A DNA stretch of 63,298 nt, the filler included, from Reticulomyxa filosa (lineage: Eukaryota > Protista > Foraminifera), in NCBI GenBank assembly GCA_000512085.1. It is 19 parts of 19 records of this genome, joined end to end, with 100 filler letters (N's around TTAATTAATTAA, not from the genome) between each part and the next. Parts side by side here need not be neighbours in the genome. Positions count along the whole stretch, not along the records: positions 35,979 to 46,281 come from ASPP01018599.1; positions 46,382 to 53,216 come from ASPP01005667.1; 17 more parts are not named here. One strand, 5' to 3'. Position numbers and translations under genes: made by a program. This document shows positions 38,266 through 51,294 of this stretch, piece by piece. Each line of letters begins with the position of its first letter. Within the stretch, counting starts at the first letter, position 1. The notes under the pieces were generated by a model. The model was not told where the DNA came from. It did no database searches and was given only the letters and a program-made list of their open reading frames with translations.

Positions 38266-40870
38266 ATGAATTTGAATACTGATGGCACGAATAGAGACAA
38301 TGCTTCACCATCAGTGGCTGAAGCCAATGATATGATGTTACAAGAAAAAAAAGAGATAGACACAAATGAATCAGTATCTAGCGAACCAAAGACAAAAAAA
38401 TATTTGATTTTATTTTACCACCTGAACAAGCAGTCATACATCGTTATGTTCATATTTGGAAATGACAAATCAGGATTTAAAAAGGCATTACAAATGCCGT
38501 AAGATTATATTCCATATGTGAATTTGAATTGTCTGTTCTTTTCAGGACTTTAGTTTAGAAGAGTTTCAAGCGTTGTCCGAATTATACGGATTTGACAAAC
38601 CTTTTCCAAAAGGGCTTCCAAAAGTTCCAAGCACTTTTATTGCAATGTGTTTGAATCTTATTTATGTATTTGCATTGGTAGAAATGAAAATGGACACCAC
38701 ACACAAAGGCATAAAACAAACGAGCGTATTGTGTGTACGGGGGAAAAAACAATTTTGACAGGATGAAAGACTGTTGACCCCTTTCATTTGGGTGGATTTA
38801 CCGAATGAAGAAATCATTCATCAAATCTGTTCAAGGAGCTTGCTTGTCAGGTTTTTTGTTGTCTTATATTCATTTTGCACTGTTGTGCCATTAACATTTG
38901 AGAAGGAAGGGAAGCAAATAGTAAATAATAAATGAAGACAAGCAATAAGTGCATAAGTAAATAATTTCAACAATAAATAAATACAAACATGTTTTGAATT
39001 GGAATGAGCAGATGTGTCTATGAAGTGCTTGCACACGACGAGACATTGGGCGGAATGATAGATAATTTGAGAGAGACTTTCAGTGAAAAGATAACACGTT
39101 TTAAAAACTGCACGTATCGAATTCGTAGCATTTGGTTTGGGAAAAAGTGCACGCTCAAAGTTTGGGATTGCCATTCAATTGTCTTTTTTGTATTGCAAAA
39201 ACAAAAGATCACATCAAATCAAATCCATGAAATGTAATCCAATTCAATTCAATTCAATTCAATTCAATTCAATACAATACAATACAATATAATATAATAT
39301 AATCAACAAAGGATCAAACAGACGACGTCAATCGATTTGAATTTTTCACTACTCAAATGACAGGGGAGGTGTGTTTACAAAATGCCCAAGTCGAATTTCA
39401 TGCCATTCAAGACTATGGCGAGCACTCTCTTCATAAAAACCCAAAGTCCGCTGTCAAACCATTTCACTGTTACTTTGCGCGTATGGTATATATACATTCT
39501 CTTCTCTTTCTTTTTGTTTTGTTTGTGCTTCTTCCAACTTGCATCACAAAAAAAAAAAAAAAAAAATTAATGAGATAAGCCTTAAGATGCATTTCTGTAA
39601 TGTTTATATAAAGATTGCTCAAGCAGATCGAAGTGTGATCTGTCGGTACTCATTAAAACAACGAAACTATATTGGACCGACTTCTTTGGAACCTGAATTG
39701 GGATTGATCATGGCAAATCAAGCACATGTATTTTCTTCTTCTTTTGTTTCTTATTGTTTTTTGACGACAACAATTCCAATGAAAATAGGCAGGACCTGGG
39801 AAAATCGTGTTTGATCCCTTTGTTGGGACTGGGAGTCTCTTAATCGCGGCCAGTCATTTTGAAGCTTTTTCCATCGGTGTCGATATCGACTATCGCGTCC
39901 TCCATGGCTCAGGTTTGCTTATTCTGTGATATTGCGCGTGTTCGATGTCTCGGACAAGCTCTTTTTGTGTGATGTAACACGGGCATGTGTTGGAAAAAGA
40001 TGATCGAAACGTGCAAGGTAACTTTAATCAGTATAAAATGCCAATTCCCGAATTGATACGTGCGGACTTATCGTCATGCATCTGGAATGAATATTTTCAT
40101 CCTGATGCCATTATGTGCGACCCTCCTTATGGAATAAGAGCCGGAGGCAGGAAATCGGGCACGAAAAAACCTCTCAAATCCAATTCTTTTCCATTGTTAT
40201 GTTTCACTGCAAAACCCCAACATAAATGCAAGTCTAATGTCTGCTCCTTGGTTTGATTGTGCTCTACGTGTGCACAGCTTAGAAGGCCAAAATCCACGTA
40301 CTCAAGTCTACGATGCCGAAGAATGCGTCGGTGACTTGTTACAGTTTGCTGCAAAAATGCTTCCCATTGGAGGTCGCTTGGTTTATTTGCTTCCCACAAC
40401 CGATGAGTTAAGTGGAAAAAAAAAGCGCATTTTTGTTGTGTGTCATGACCCGTATTTATGTCACTCTTATGTATGCATATATAATTTTATTGACAGGTAC
40501 AAAGACGAAGAACTTCCATTACATCCTGCCTTAGAGGTAAGGGGAAACAGTGAACAGAAATGTCAAGGCATTTTACGACGAAGATTGATCACAATGGTAA
40601 AAGTAACACCGTTTACTGATGATATGAAAGTTATGTAGAACACTAATTTTTTCTGCTATTTACCATCTTGTACTTTTCATTTTATTGTGCATACGATAGA
40701 CACAAATTCCAGTTCGTCCGGCCTTTGCAAACTTAAAAGAAAAAATATTTGTGAAAAAACCTAAAAATGATATCAAACAAGAAAAGAGAAAAGAAGAGTT
40801 GCAACGCAGTTGTGAAAATGACATTAAACGAAGAAGAAAAAACGATACTGATGACCCAATATTGGAATAA
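38266..40870 (+). CDS. TRM11: tRNA (guanine(10)-N2)-methyltransferase, about 10 exons
   Basis: YSLKQRNYIGPTSLEPELGLIMANQA; VFDPFVGTGSLL..IGVDID (SAM motif I); DAIMCDPPYGIRAG; LPIGGRLVYLLP; RRLITMVK. Confidence 0.95.
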
Positions 40871-41261
40871 ATGTTTTTTGATAATAAAAATCTTTGAATT
40901 TAACACGTCTTTTGTGCACTAGGTACACCATCGAATTATTTATGAAATTTCCCTTTGATGTTAAAAAAGAACAATTAATACCTGCCCAAAAAAAACAAAA
41001 AGATATCATAGTAGTGTAATGAGGTTGCAATTAACATGTTTTATCTATTTGGAACAATTACGAATTTTTGAAGATTTGTCTTCCTATCTTTTTGAACTAA
41101 AAAAATATGCAGAAATGCAAATTGTAATCGCTTAGATTGAGACTTGATGCATGATTGTTAATGGACATTATATTCACAATCAATTGATCATAAAGCGTAC
41201 AATCGAATAAAGTTCGAAAATAAAACAAAAATCAATAAAAAGTGGAAGGGCTTTTGACCCG

Positions 41262-42275
41262 CTAAGAGGGGACGTGTTTTCTATGATTTTTGCGTGGATG
41301 CAGTGCAAGTTTTTCATCAAGAAGTTTTTTGGCATCTTTCAACATCCCTGCTCTCTTAAAGTAATGTATCATTCTTTCAAATTTATTATTTGTTTTGATT
41401 TTTGTAGGAATGGTTTGCCAAAGTGCAAGAATATCTCTGGGATTGCCTTGCAAACGAAAATAGTTATTTAAGAGTGTCCAACGTAGCGAGCTGTCATTTT
41501 GCAAGTGATCGTCCCGAAGAACAATTTGATCATGCAAATATTTAAGTTGGGTCAAGTTTTGACATTTGCAAGCAATACGTTTGCACAACTCTGGATCGAT
41601 TTGAATAGTCGAGGGCATCATACTCTCTGAGTGTAGTATTTCTTTTGTTTCAACGCTGCTGTGCATTGATAAAAATGGATGAATGGGTTGTTCCAACGTT
41701 TTTTTTGGATGTAATTGATTGGCATTTTCATTTTTTAAGTGTATCATTTTTTGCCATTCAAAAATTTGTATAACTTTTGCCACATCTTTGATATCCAAAC
41801 ATACGTGAAAGAGTATATGAAGTGATTGTCGATCCAAGACTACACTATCATTTGGATTCATTGCTAATAGGGAATCTACAATCGCCAATATTTTTTTATT
41901 TTGTCTATGTTTGCGACAGTAACAAAGGAATTTAGTAAACGTTGAATTATTGAAATGCTTGTCTATTGGTTCTGTACTTGCTATGTTCAATGTTGATTTG
42001 TTTAGGCCAAATCTTGGAGGTTTTGTGGATTGTCTTGGCGATTTGAAAAACGAATCAATCAACACTTTTGTCGTCTCATTGTCAATTTTCTCGACTACTT
42101 TGAGGGGTTTCAATGAAGAAACAGCTGTTGTCTCTCTATTTTTGTGTATGTTTTCGTTCAACTGGACTTTTCCAAATTCTTTGATATACTCATTTATCTG
42201 ACCATAGGTACTAAAACATCTCCAAACATGCAAACGAGGATGCAGCAAACTATTTAAATGAACAAAAAATCTCAT
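41262..42275 (-). CDS. Intronless, probably mitochondrion-targeted helical-repeat (PPR-like) protein
   Basis: 337-aa ORF; N-terminus MRFFVHLNSLLHPRLHVWRCFST resembles a transit peptide; FERMIHYFKRAGMLKDAKKLLDE is PPR-like. Confidence 0.55.
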   Translation of the reverse strand: MRFFVHLNSLLHPRLHVWRCFSTYGQINEYIKEFGKVQLNENIHKNRETTAVSSLKPLKVVEKIDNETTKVLIDSFFKSPRQSTKPPRFGLNKSTLNIASTEPIDKHFNNSTFTKFLCYCRKHRQNKKILAIVDSLLAMNPNDSVVLDRQSLHILFHVCLDIKDVAKVIQIFEWQKMIHLKNENANQLHPKKTLEQPIHPFLSMHSSVETKEILHSESMMPSTIQIDPELCKRIACKCQNLTQLKYLHDQIVLRDDHLQNDSSLRWTLLNNYFRLQGNPRDILALWQTIPTKIKTNNKFERMIHYFKRAGMLKDAKKLLDEKLALHPRKNHRKHVPS

Positions 42276-42897
42276 GAAATGTTGACACAGAGGATTCGCA
42301 AAGGGGAAGAAAAGAGCTCAAACAGGTCTAGACAACTGCACCTTTGTTTATATTTATGATTCTTGGAAGTGAGCATAGTCTTAATTTTCTCATAGCATAT
42401 TTGTATGGTAAACAAAACTTATGTTATGTTAGTATTATTTCAAAACTATGCACAGGACTAGTTGTATCTATTTGTCATATTGTACAATCACTGTACAGTA
42501 AGCTTTTAAATTATATTTACTGAAATGCAAAATCGTAAATAGTAGCATTAATCTGCTTATACATCTTCAGAATTGTTCATTTGTCTTCTGTTATGATTGT
42601 ATTTATTTAAATTTGGCAATTTTGAATTGCAATAAATGTTATCATTTTTTTTGCTAAATGACATTGAAGTGCATGTTATATACAACTAAAATTTTCTTCA
42701 AAATGTAATAAATTTGTTGAATGACTTGCACCAACTTGAAAATTTGCACTTTCAATGAATTATTAGCAGTAATAGGCAAATAGCTGTGAACTGTAATTTT
42801 GTAACTCAAAAGAAGGGTTCCATAACCATATAAATATCCCAAAACTCTTTGGAGTAAAAAACCAGACCCAGAAACTCTATAGAATCCTCGTATTCCA

Positions 42898-45800
42898 ATG
42901 GACAATCCTGCAAAACGTTCAAACAAACATTCTGATCCTTCGAATCCTCGCTATCTCACTCCACAATTATATCCTCATGCGCATTCGTCAGACGGAAGCC
43001 AAGGTATGCGACCACAAAACGCTGGTGACTATAATCGACACTATCGTGGAAACGAAAATCTTCACAACACGCACCCAAATAAGCACATGTTCCATACGCC
43101 ACAGTTTCATCCAACAAACGAGCATGAGAATATGCATTCGTCGATGATGCTTGACTCCGATAACACATATCACTGCCACCCCACAATGATAATGCATCCC
43201 AAATACAACGAGCCGTTGGCATCACTGGGGGTATATGGAAATGGACGAAGCGGCAACGCAGGTAACCATGGGAACACAAACGGGTATTTTGAACCGCAAA
43301 GTGTGCAGCTGACAAGCAGAGAAGCGCCAGGCATGTATACGGACCGAAGTCTGACGCTGAACAGAGGCGGAAGGACAGGACCACAGGACGGCGAGCCAAG
43401 ACAAAGGAGTGGAGAAGAAATATATTGGCGAGTGCCGCGATCAGAGCCAACGGTGTGTAAAATTCCTTTGCCCACTCGTGTGGAAGACATAACATAAAGC
43501 AAAAGAGACGCAACACGTTGCGTTGTTTTGTTTGTGAATGAAAACAAATGCAAAAAGCGTCCAAGCAAGCCATGTATGGAACCGCCATTGACCAGCTTGA
43601 ATGAGGGCGGAGGTGAATATTTGTCCATGGACAGTAATGACATGCTGCCCACCACCCATCACGCACTCGGACTGTTCCCACATAAAGGTAATACTGCGAT
43701 GATGTTGAACGATGACAACGAAGAAGAAGAGGAGGAGGAGGAGGAAGAGGAAGAGGAAGACGACAACCGTGGTCATCACGACCACTTCCATGCGGGTCAT
43801 GGTCATCCATCCATGTTTGGAGGAAGACATTCAACCATTCATCCTATCCATGCTATCGGTAATCCCACCGTTAATGCCGTCAAGCCCATTTCATTCATGT
43901 CGGACATCTCCAGATTCAAAAAATCCGATAAACTGAATCGAGAAACGAATGAACACGTAACTGTGGAAGACCTACTTGGTCCATTGCCCTCCCGAATGTC
44001 GAGCATAGAAGGAGAGCACAATTTCACCTCGCGCACGCCCACGCCCCCTTCGTCGGTTGGCACGCCCATCCCAGGAATGCCCAATGTGGAAAATCAAGCC
44101 CAGTCACATGTGCACCCAGAAACGCTCTCTCATGTCGGCCAGCCCATCATGTCAACAGAAGATCCTGGACATTGTCATACAGGCAATGCCAACAATCATC
44201 ACAATAATCATAGCAATAATAATAACAATAATAATAACAATAATAATAATAATAATAATATCAATAATAACAATAACATTATTAATAATAATAATGGTAA
44301 TGAAAATAACAACAAAAACATTCATTTGAAAGAGGATAAAAGCGGCAGTGATCACAAAAACACGCATTTGAAAGACAAAGGCGAAATAGATGTCGAGTCA
44401 TGTCCAAACGAGGATATCATTCCGTTGGTTCAACAAGAACAATCGACCACGAACAACGGAGAGGTGTTGAGACTGAGCAAGCGCGACAACGACAACGACG
44501 ACGAGCATAGCGTAGTGCCCTTGTCAGAGATCAGAACAAAATCAGAGGGTCAATTGCTGAGTCCGAGTGTCGAAAATCGGATATCGATTAACAAAGAGGA
44601 ATCGTCATTGAGAGGCAAAGTCGAGAACGGCAAAAAACACGAAAGTGGCATTGGAGTGACGCCTGGACTTGGGTCGGGACTCGGACTTGCAGTTAGCACC
44701 GGCATTACAGACACATTGAATGGGAATTTGTTGGGAAATCGCAATAGCATTGCGAATACCAGCAATAATAATCTGGCAGAAATGTTGCAAGTATTGCAAC
44801 GCAGTGTGTCGATCCTTAGCAATTTGAGCGTTCCCAATCCACCATTGATGAGTAGTATTCCAATGCTAAGTCGAAACGGGTCGATTGTGGACAACAAATT
44901 CCCAATGAATTCCGCGGATATCAGCAGCGGTGCAAATGGTGGACTGTTTGTGCCTCCTCTTCTTCCACCTTCGATGTCCACATTCGGCACCACGAGCTGG
45001 GGATTCGACAATGGTCTGGGCTTGAATCCGTCGCTTTCCACGGGGATGTGGAGTGCCAATGTATCGACCACGCCCGGGACACTTGGGCCGCCGAGCTTTC
45101 CTTATTTCACGCCGACGACATTCCCACCGCCGATATGGGGCGAGGCCTCCATGAACACAAGCGATCTGAAAGATCCGCTTCGTCAGTCTCACGTTGCCGT
45201 CAACTTGATCGGCAGTGTCAACCCATCGAGTTCGGCCAGTCAGCTGCTTGGCAATAAGGAAGGAGTGCATCAAAGCGAAAAGACTAAACATAGCAGTAAT
45301 ATTATCATTAATGGTAACGTCAATGGAAATGGCAATGGTAATAACAATAATAACAATAATAACAATAATGGTAATAATAATAGCAATAGCAATGGTCACA
45401 ATAATAATAATAATAATAACAAAAACAATGGCGTGAATGTAAATTTGACATCAAATAACTCAAATCGAAGCGAACTCAACTTCACTACCACAAACGCTGG
45501 AGACGTGTCGTCTGCTTTTGCAGCGCCATACATGTTCCCATCGTATGGTGGCGTTGGAGTGGGTAACGACATGACCACTGCTGCGACGACTGCGGGTACC
45601 TCTGATGCCACGCTGTTCAATCATTCCGGATCAAATGCTCCTCTGTCGGCCAATTTCCCAGAGACGTGGGGCTATCCCTGGGCCGGCAACGTGATGAACA
45701 TGCCAATGGTGACCAACGTCGCAGGTGGCAGCAGTAGCAGTTTGAATGGCGATTACAATGTCGATGAGTTCACATCCATGCTATGTGGAAACTACAATCC

Positions 45801-46258
45801 ACATTCTGTTATTATCCGCCTTTTCTTCAAACTCATGGCTCGTATCCATTTGACAATAAGGCCTCATCCCATCTGAATACCACTCTAGGCTCCTCTTCTG
45901 CCATTCCCATCAATCCGTCCGAGATGGGACTGTCCTCAGAGCCCGGTATGATGCCCACGAGGGCTAACAGTGTCTCCACTTCTGCTTCTTCCAACGATGT
46001 TGCGACCTCTCTCCCGCCCGTCCATTCCGATGCGTCAGAGCCGGCTCAATGGGAAAACTTAGCTGTTGGCGATGTGGTCATATACGGAAAAGAAACCTGC
46101 ACTGTGGTGTCATTGGATTGGAACCACAATCCCCCTCAAGCTGAGGTAAATATACACGCCTCCAATTTCACTGTAAAAATCCCCATCTCGCTTTTGGAAC
46201 AGTCCTCACTCATTTCTGACAAATATACCACTAACGATCGCACTTCTGTCAATCACAA
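42898..46258 (+). CDS. Large intrinsically disordered His/Asn/Pro/Ser-rich protein with a possible C-terminal SH3/Tudor-like module
   Basis: ORFs 42898 and 43528 are joined by phase-0 intron 43453-43557. There is a frame switch near 45800, then LAVGDVVIYGKETCTVVSLD...AEVNIHASNFTVKIPISLL. Confidence 0.65.
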
Positions 46259-47199
46259 GTTAACTTTTTTTTTTTTTTTTTNNNNNNNNNNNNNNNNNNN
46301 NNNNNNNNNNNNNNNNNNNNNNNNNTTAATTAATTAANNNNNNNNNNNNNNNNNNNNNNNNNNNNNNNNNNNNNNNNNNNNGCAGTTGTTGATGTGGTCG
46401 CTGTTGTTGTTGTGTGTGTTGTTGTTGCATTGGCTGTGGCCATAGTAGCAATTGTTGTGACTGTTGTAGCCACTGTTGCCTTGTCAGTAGCTCTAGCTGC
46501 TGTAGAGGGGGCGGGACGGCAAATGCGATTGTCGCGACTGCTGTGACTCCTGCTCTGATTGAGTGGACAGTGACGGGGACGGCGACTGTCGTTGTAGCTT
46601 TTGTTGTTGTTGTGGTCATAATAATGGTGGTGATGGCGGTGTTTTTACTGGCCGTAATTGTTATTGTGGTTGTGATGTAAGGCTCAATGCAATCAAGTCC
46701 AATTCCAAATCTTTGTCATTGTCGTTGCTTCTTTGCTGCTCTTGTGAAGTGAGGCTCAAAGCAATCAAGTCCAAGTCCAAGTCTTTGTTGTCTGTTTGGA
46801 GTGTGAAAGCACATGTTTAAAAAAATCGAGTGTATAGAAAGACAGTTAGCAATCATAACTCTGTTGATTGTCATTATTGCTGCTGTTTTTTTTTCCAAAT
46901 TTGTTGTTGCAACGATATTGCCCTTTTAAAAGAAGATGTCCCTTTGTCTATCTTCCTTCTTTGTTGTCTTAAGTTTGTTTGGACTTTTTATGTTTGCAGC
47001 CTCAACGAAAAAAAATAATAATTTGTTGCCTCTCATTACAAATTTTTTGCGGAAAAAAAAATCAGATCATAATTTTTTGCAGAAAAAAAGCGTCTAATAA
47101 TTTTTTTTGTCAAAAAAAATGTCCATTAAAAAAAAATAATAATATTTGCTTTTATCATTTGCTTACGAATGTGTGCATTTTTGTAGGGCCTGCGCCAGT

Positions 47200-47630
47200 A
47201 CTGAAAATTTTTACATGATTTGTGTTAAAGAATTACTGTATTCAATCATAAAAAAGCCAACAATTTGGCCTGTTTTAAAATTGGGATGTGCAAAAACATT
47301 CCAGACAACCCACGAGTGAGTTAAAACATTTATTAAAAAAAATTGTGGAACTATTTTTATTCCAATTTTTAAAAAACCCCACAAGTTTCAAGAGTGGGAA
47401 ACTTGGAATCTCCAGGGACTTGAAATTTTTTATTAATACCATTTTTTTGGCATCCACTTTTGTCTTTTGTTTCGACAACGCACCCAACAACCAATCAGCA
47501 ATCCAAATCGTTACGTATATCATTGTTAAACCTGCACGACCCTTCCACATTAAATTAGGTGAATAGCGAAGGTACATTATTGTTTCGTGTAATGCTTTTT
47601 TTTTTTTGTTCGTAGTCGACTTGCTTTTTT
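47200..47630 (-). pseudogene. ARPC3 (Arp2/3 p21-Arc)-like divergent copy or pseudogene
   Basis: LHETIMYLR...KGRAGLTMIYVTIWIADWL...AKKMVLIKNF..EIPSFPL parallels the ARPC3 pattern IDEAIYYFK...ADRTLIYITLYISECL...PGEPGFPL; the C-terminus is degenerate. Confidence 0.5.
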
Positions 47631-48030
47631 GTACTCAAATGGGTCTTCTCTTTAAAAATAATTGTTATTATCATTGAAGATATACTCAAAAAGAAAGTTG
47701 TTATTAAAATATTTGTACTACAGCGTGTGTACTACACTTTTAAGAACTTTGAATAATGTCCTTTTTCCAACTTAACAGTGATATGTTTCGTAAATTGCAT
47801 TAGCTAATCGTGTGCAGCGTTACAGATCCTAATATTTTTGCATACCCTTATCAAAGTAATTTTTTTTTTCTCTCATCTTGTTATGTTCCAAATGGCATAA
47901 ACTTTACTCGATAATTAATTTTAAAAAAGGGCCGTCTCTGTTTCGTTTCAAAAGCAGAGTTTTTTAATTCGTCTCTCCATTTTAATAGATCATATTTGTC
48001 ACATTATCAAAAAGAAATTCTTTTGATCCT

Positions 48031-48755
48031 ATGTCACAATCATATGTATGCTCCAATATTTTTGTTTGTTTGTATCCTGCTAGCAAACGTACGGGCTGGA
48101 ACAAAAATTTAACTAGTTGGGAAGGAAAAAAAAAGAAATGACTATTCCAAAATGTGAACATAGGAACCTAAGCAAAATCAGGATCAACCACTTCCAAAAT
48201 CATGTCAAGGTGGATGTGGGTTTTTTGGGAGAGATGATCGCATGGGATACTGTTCAGTTTGCTATCAAAGATGTGTCCCTCTGGAGCAAAGGTCACAACA
48301 CGAGCAAAGTAAGTTGACACCTTTGAGAAAAAAATCGTTTACATGTCAATTGAAGAGAACCTTTGTATGTGTGAATGAATGATGGCTGTTTTAAGAACTA
48401 AAATCAGAACAAAAAACGGAAGAGCCGAAAGAAGTTCAACAAGTGGAAAAACAAAGTGTAGAAACAGAACAAAAAAAAAAACATCGCTGTTGGCAATGTC
48501 AAAAGAAAATTCCATTAGCCGGAAGATTTAGTTGCAAGTGTGGTATGTGATTCGCACATAAATTATTATTGCATTCATTTATTTGTTTTTCCATTTTTCA
48601 AATAATTTTTTTTTTTTTTTGTAGGTCATGTTTTTTGCAGTGCACATCGTTTCCCTGACTGTCATCAGTGTGACTTCGACTACAAAGAAGCTCAAAAAAA
48701 GAAATTGGATGCATTGAATCCAGTTGTTGCTCCTTCCAAAGTCGAAAAAATTTAA
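48031..48755 (+). CDS. A20/AN1 zinc-finger protein (ZFAND5/6 / plant SAP family), 4 exons
   Basis: A20 finger SCQGGCGFFGRDDRMGYCSVCY and AN1 finger RCWQCQKKIPLAGRFSCKCG|HVFCSAHRFPDCHQCDFDYK...NPVVAPSKVEKI*. Missed by the ORF track because of introns. Confidence 0.92.
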
Positions 48756-49703
48756 TTTTTTTGTTTTGGAATGCTCTTCTAAACGAATACTTGTTTTTTT
48801 TTTTGGAGTGTGTTTAAGACCGACTTTAAAAAATGTGGTTGTCCATTTTTTTAAATCTTGTTGAGAGGCATACGTGAGTAAACACAACACAGCCAAAAAA
48901 AAAAACGAATCATCAATGTGTTGTTGATACGCAACTCTTGAGAGTTCCGTTTTTTTACAAAATTGTGGTTTCAGTATCCTCTAAGATGAAAACACAATGA
49001 TTTTGGAATGTCTTGGGCGAGGCATGGGTTGGACAGTTTCACATTTGAGGGATTTTGTTTCCTTGTTTTTGTTTTGTTTGGGTGATGAGGTTCATCGTTT
49101 GTTGTTGGCAAAGTTTGTTTTGAAAGTTGATCATTTGTTTTGGCTGTTTTTTGATTGTTGGAGATGAGATCGTTGAAATTTTTTTTTCTACAACCAAACG
49201 AGGAACTATCATTTGTTCCTTTTTTGCTCTTTCAAGCATTTTAAGACCATTGTGTTACCTTTGCATCGAATTAAATAATCTTTCATTAAAAAAAAAAAAT
49301 TTGAAATTTCCAAAAAGTTTTTAAAACAAAAATGAATGTACCAACATTTCATTCCATTCTTGGTTGTGAGGATATGCTTTTAAAAACACTACGCACTTTT
49401 AATAGCTGTGAGTAGGCAATAATGATAATAATTTTTTTTAGCATTATTTGTGGTATCTGTCAAATGTATTGAACACTTTTTGAGTTATTGTCTCGCCAAA
49501 TTTTCAAAACTAACCCAAGCGATAATTTTTAAATGGTAAAGAGATTCTAAAGCAAGAATATTGATGAAAAATGTAATAAGATTTATAATCTCCAGATTTT
49601 TCGGTCTTGAGGTGCATTTTATTGTTTTTTTGTGACGGTAAGCAGTTTTTTGGTCTCAAGGAGCCAAAAAATTTTTGTGAAAGATAATCTGCGTCGTAGC
49701 ACA

Positions 49704-50898
49704 ATGTCGTTGTTCAGATCAAGTGTGTCTGTTTTCTTTCTTCTAATTATTTCGTTTATAAAAGAAAATACAAAAAAAAATAGCAAGCATTTCAAAATTA
49801 CGAACGTTGAACTGTCAAAAATGTCAATTTTCATCAACACCAACTAAGGGAAGATTGCACGATAAAGTAGGCCTAATTACAGGTGGAGGTTCAGGAATTG
49901 GACGTGAAACGTGCTTACTGTTCGCACAACATGGCGCCAAAGTGATGGTCGCAGACATCAACGAAAAGAATGCCAAAGAAACGTGCGAAATAATCAATAA
50001 ACAGTACGGAAAAGCTGGCAAGATTGCAGATTGGGTGAAAATGGATGTCAGCAAAAGAGAAACTGTGGAGAAGGTCCTTCCATTTTCTTTCTTTATTCAC
50101 TTTCAACAAACATGGCCATAACAACAACAAAAGTTCTGGCATTAACAACATTCAAGCAAGAGGGGAATGACAAGAAATTTCTACGAAATTTTGGTCAAAA
50201 AAAAAAGCAAATAAATATGATATTTATGTACGTATTGAATAGGGCATTGCAAAAGCAGAACAGGTGTTTGGAAAATTGAACGTGTTATTCAACAATGCAG
50301 GGATCATGCATAGCGATGACGACAATGCCATAACAACCGAAGACGACGTATGGGATTTGACATTTAATATAAATGTCAAAGGAGTTTTTTATGGATGTAA
50401 ATATGGCATACCAGGTTTGTTTTATATCTTTACTTGCAATGTTATAAAAATATAAGTTTGATTGAAATTGTAATTGTTTTGTCTACACGTGATCTCTTCT
50501 TTATGTGAAGCGCTCAAGCGTGCTGGTGGAGGTTCGATCATTAATACGGCGTCTTTTGTGGCATTGCGTGGTGCAGCTACTCCACAATTGGCATACACGT
50601 CCAGTAAAGGAGCTGTGCTTGCAATGACCCGCGAGTTGGCCGTTGTCCACGCTCGTCAAAACATTCGATTGAATGCTTTGTGTCCTGGACCCATTCGCAC
50701 TGATCTATTGATGGCCTTTTTAAAACAGAAGAAAAAAAACAACGAAGATTGGTGCACGTGCCAATGGGCAGATTTGGTGAGGCCAAGGAAATGGCACAAG
50801 GAGTGGTCTTTTTGGCTAGCGATGAATCTAGCTATATGACAGGGTCTGAGTTGATTATTGATGGTGGTTTGTGTGCAGCATATGTCACACCTGAATAA
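49704..50898 (+). CDS. Classical short-chain dehydrogenase/reductase with a putative mitochondrial presequence
   Basis: [30 protein letters not shown] (YxxxK), NALCPGP and [13 protein letters not shown]. One frameshift at about 50722 in an A-run. Confidence 0.92.
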
Positions 50899-51294
50899 AA
50901 GGATGTGTGATTTTTTTATTTTTTTATTTGGCCTCAATCAATTTCTTTTTGGCACTTCAGGTTGATGTGTCTTGAGGCTATATGCGAGTTACATCATGCA
51001 ATCCATCTTTTCCAATTTTTCTTGGTCTATACAAGCTAAACTTATAATATGAAATCTCAAATTATACTTGAGAAACCCAAAAAATATGTTAAATTCTTTG
51101 GAAAGTTGTATAATTTATAAAAACAACTGCCTATTTCCAATAAAACTAAATTTTTAAATATGTTTTCAGACGTATTACACTTTTGGTTTTTTTATCTGTC
51201 AAAGCCACTAGTACAGACAAGAAAAGAAAGTGACATTTGAAAGATCACAACCAAGACTACACTTCAAACTAACAACTAATTTTAAAAAATTTAC

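Noticed and set aside
43495-43497. In-frame TAA between two same-frame ORFs suggesting stop-codon reassignment or readthrough
   Set aside because: It falls within a plausible 105-nt GT-AG intron (43453-43557); conserved genes here terminate normally at TAA or TGA
42956-45620. Long antisense ORFs overlapping the large disordered gene, and 28901-29428 antisense to the WD40 gene
   Set aside because: Shadow ORFs of higher-GC or repetitive coding sequence with no independent motifs
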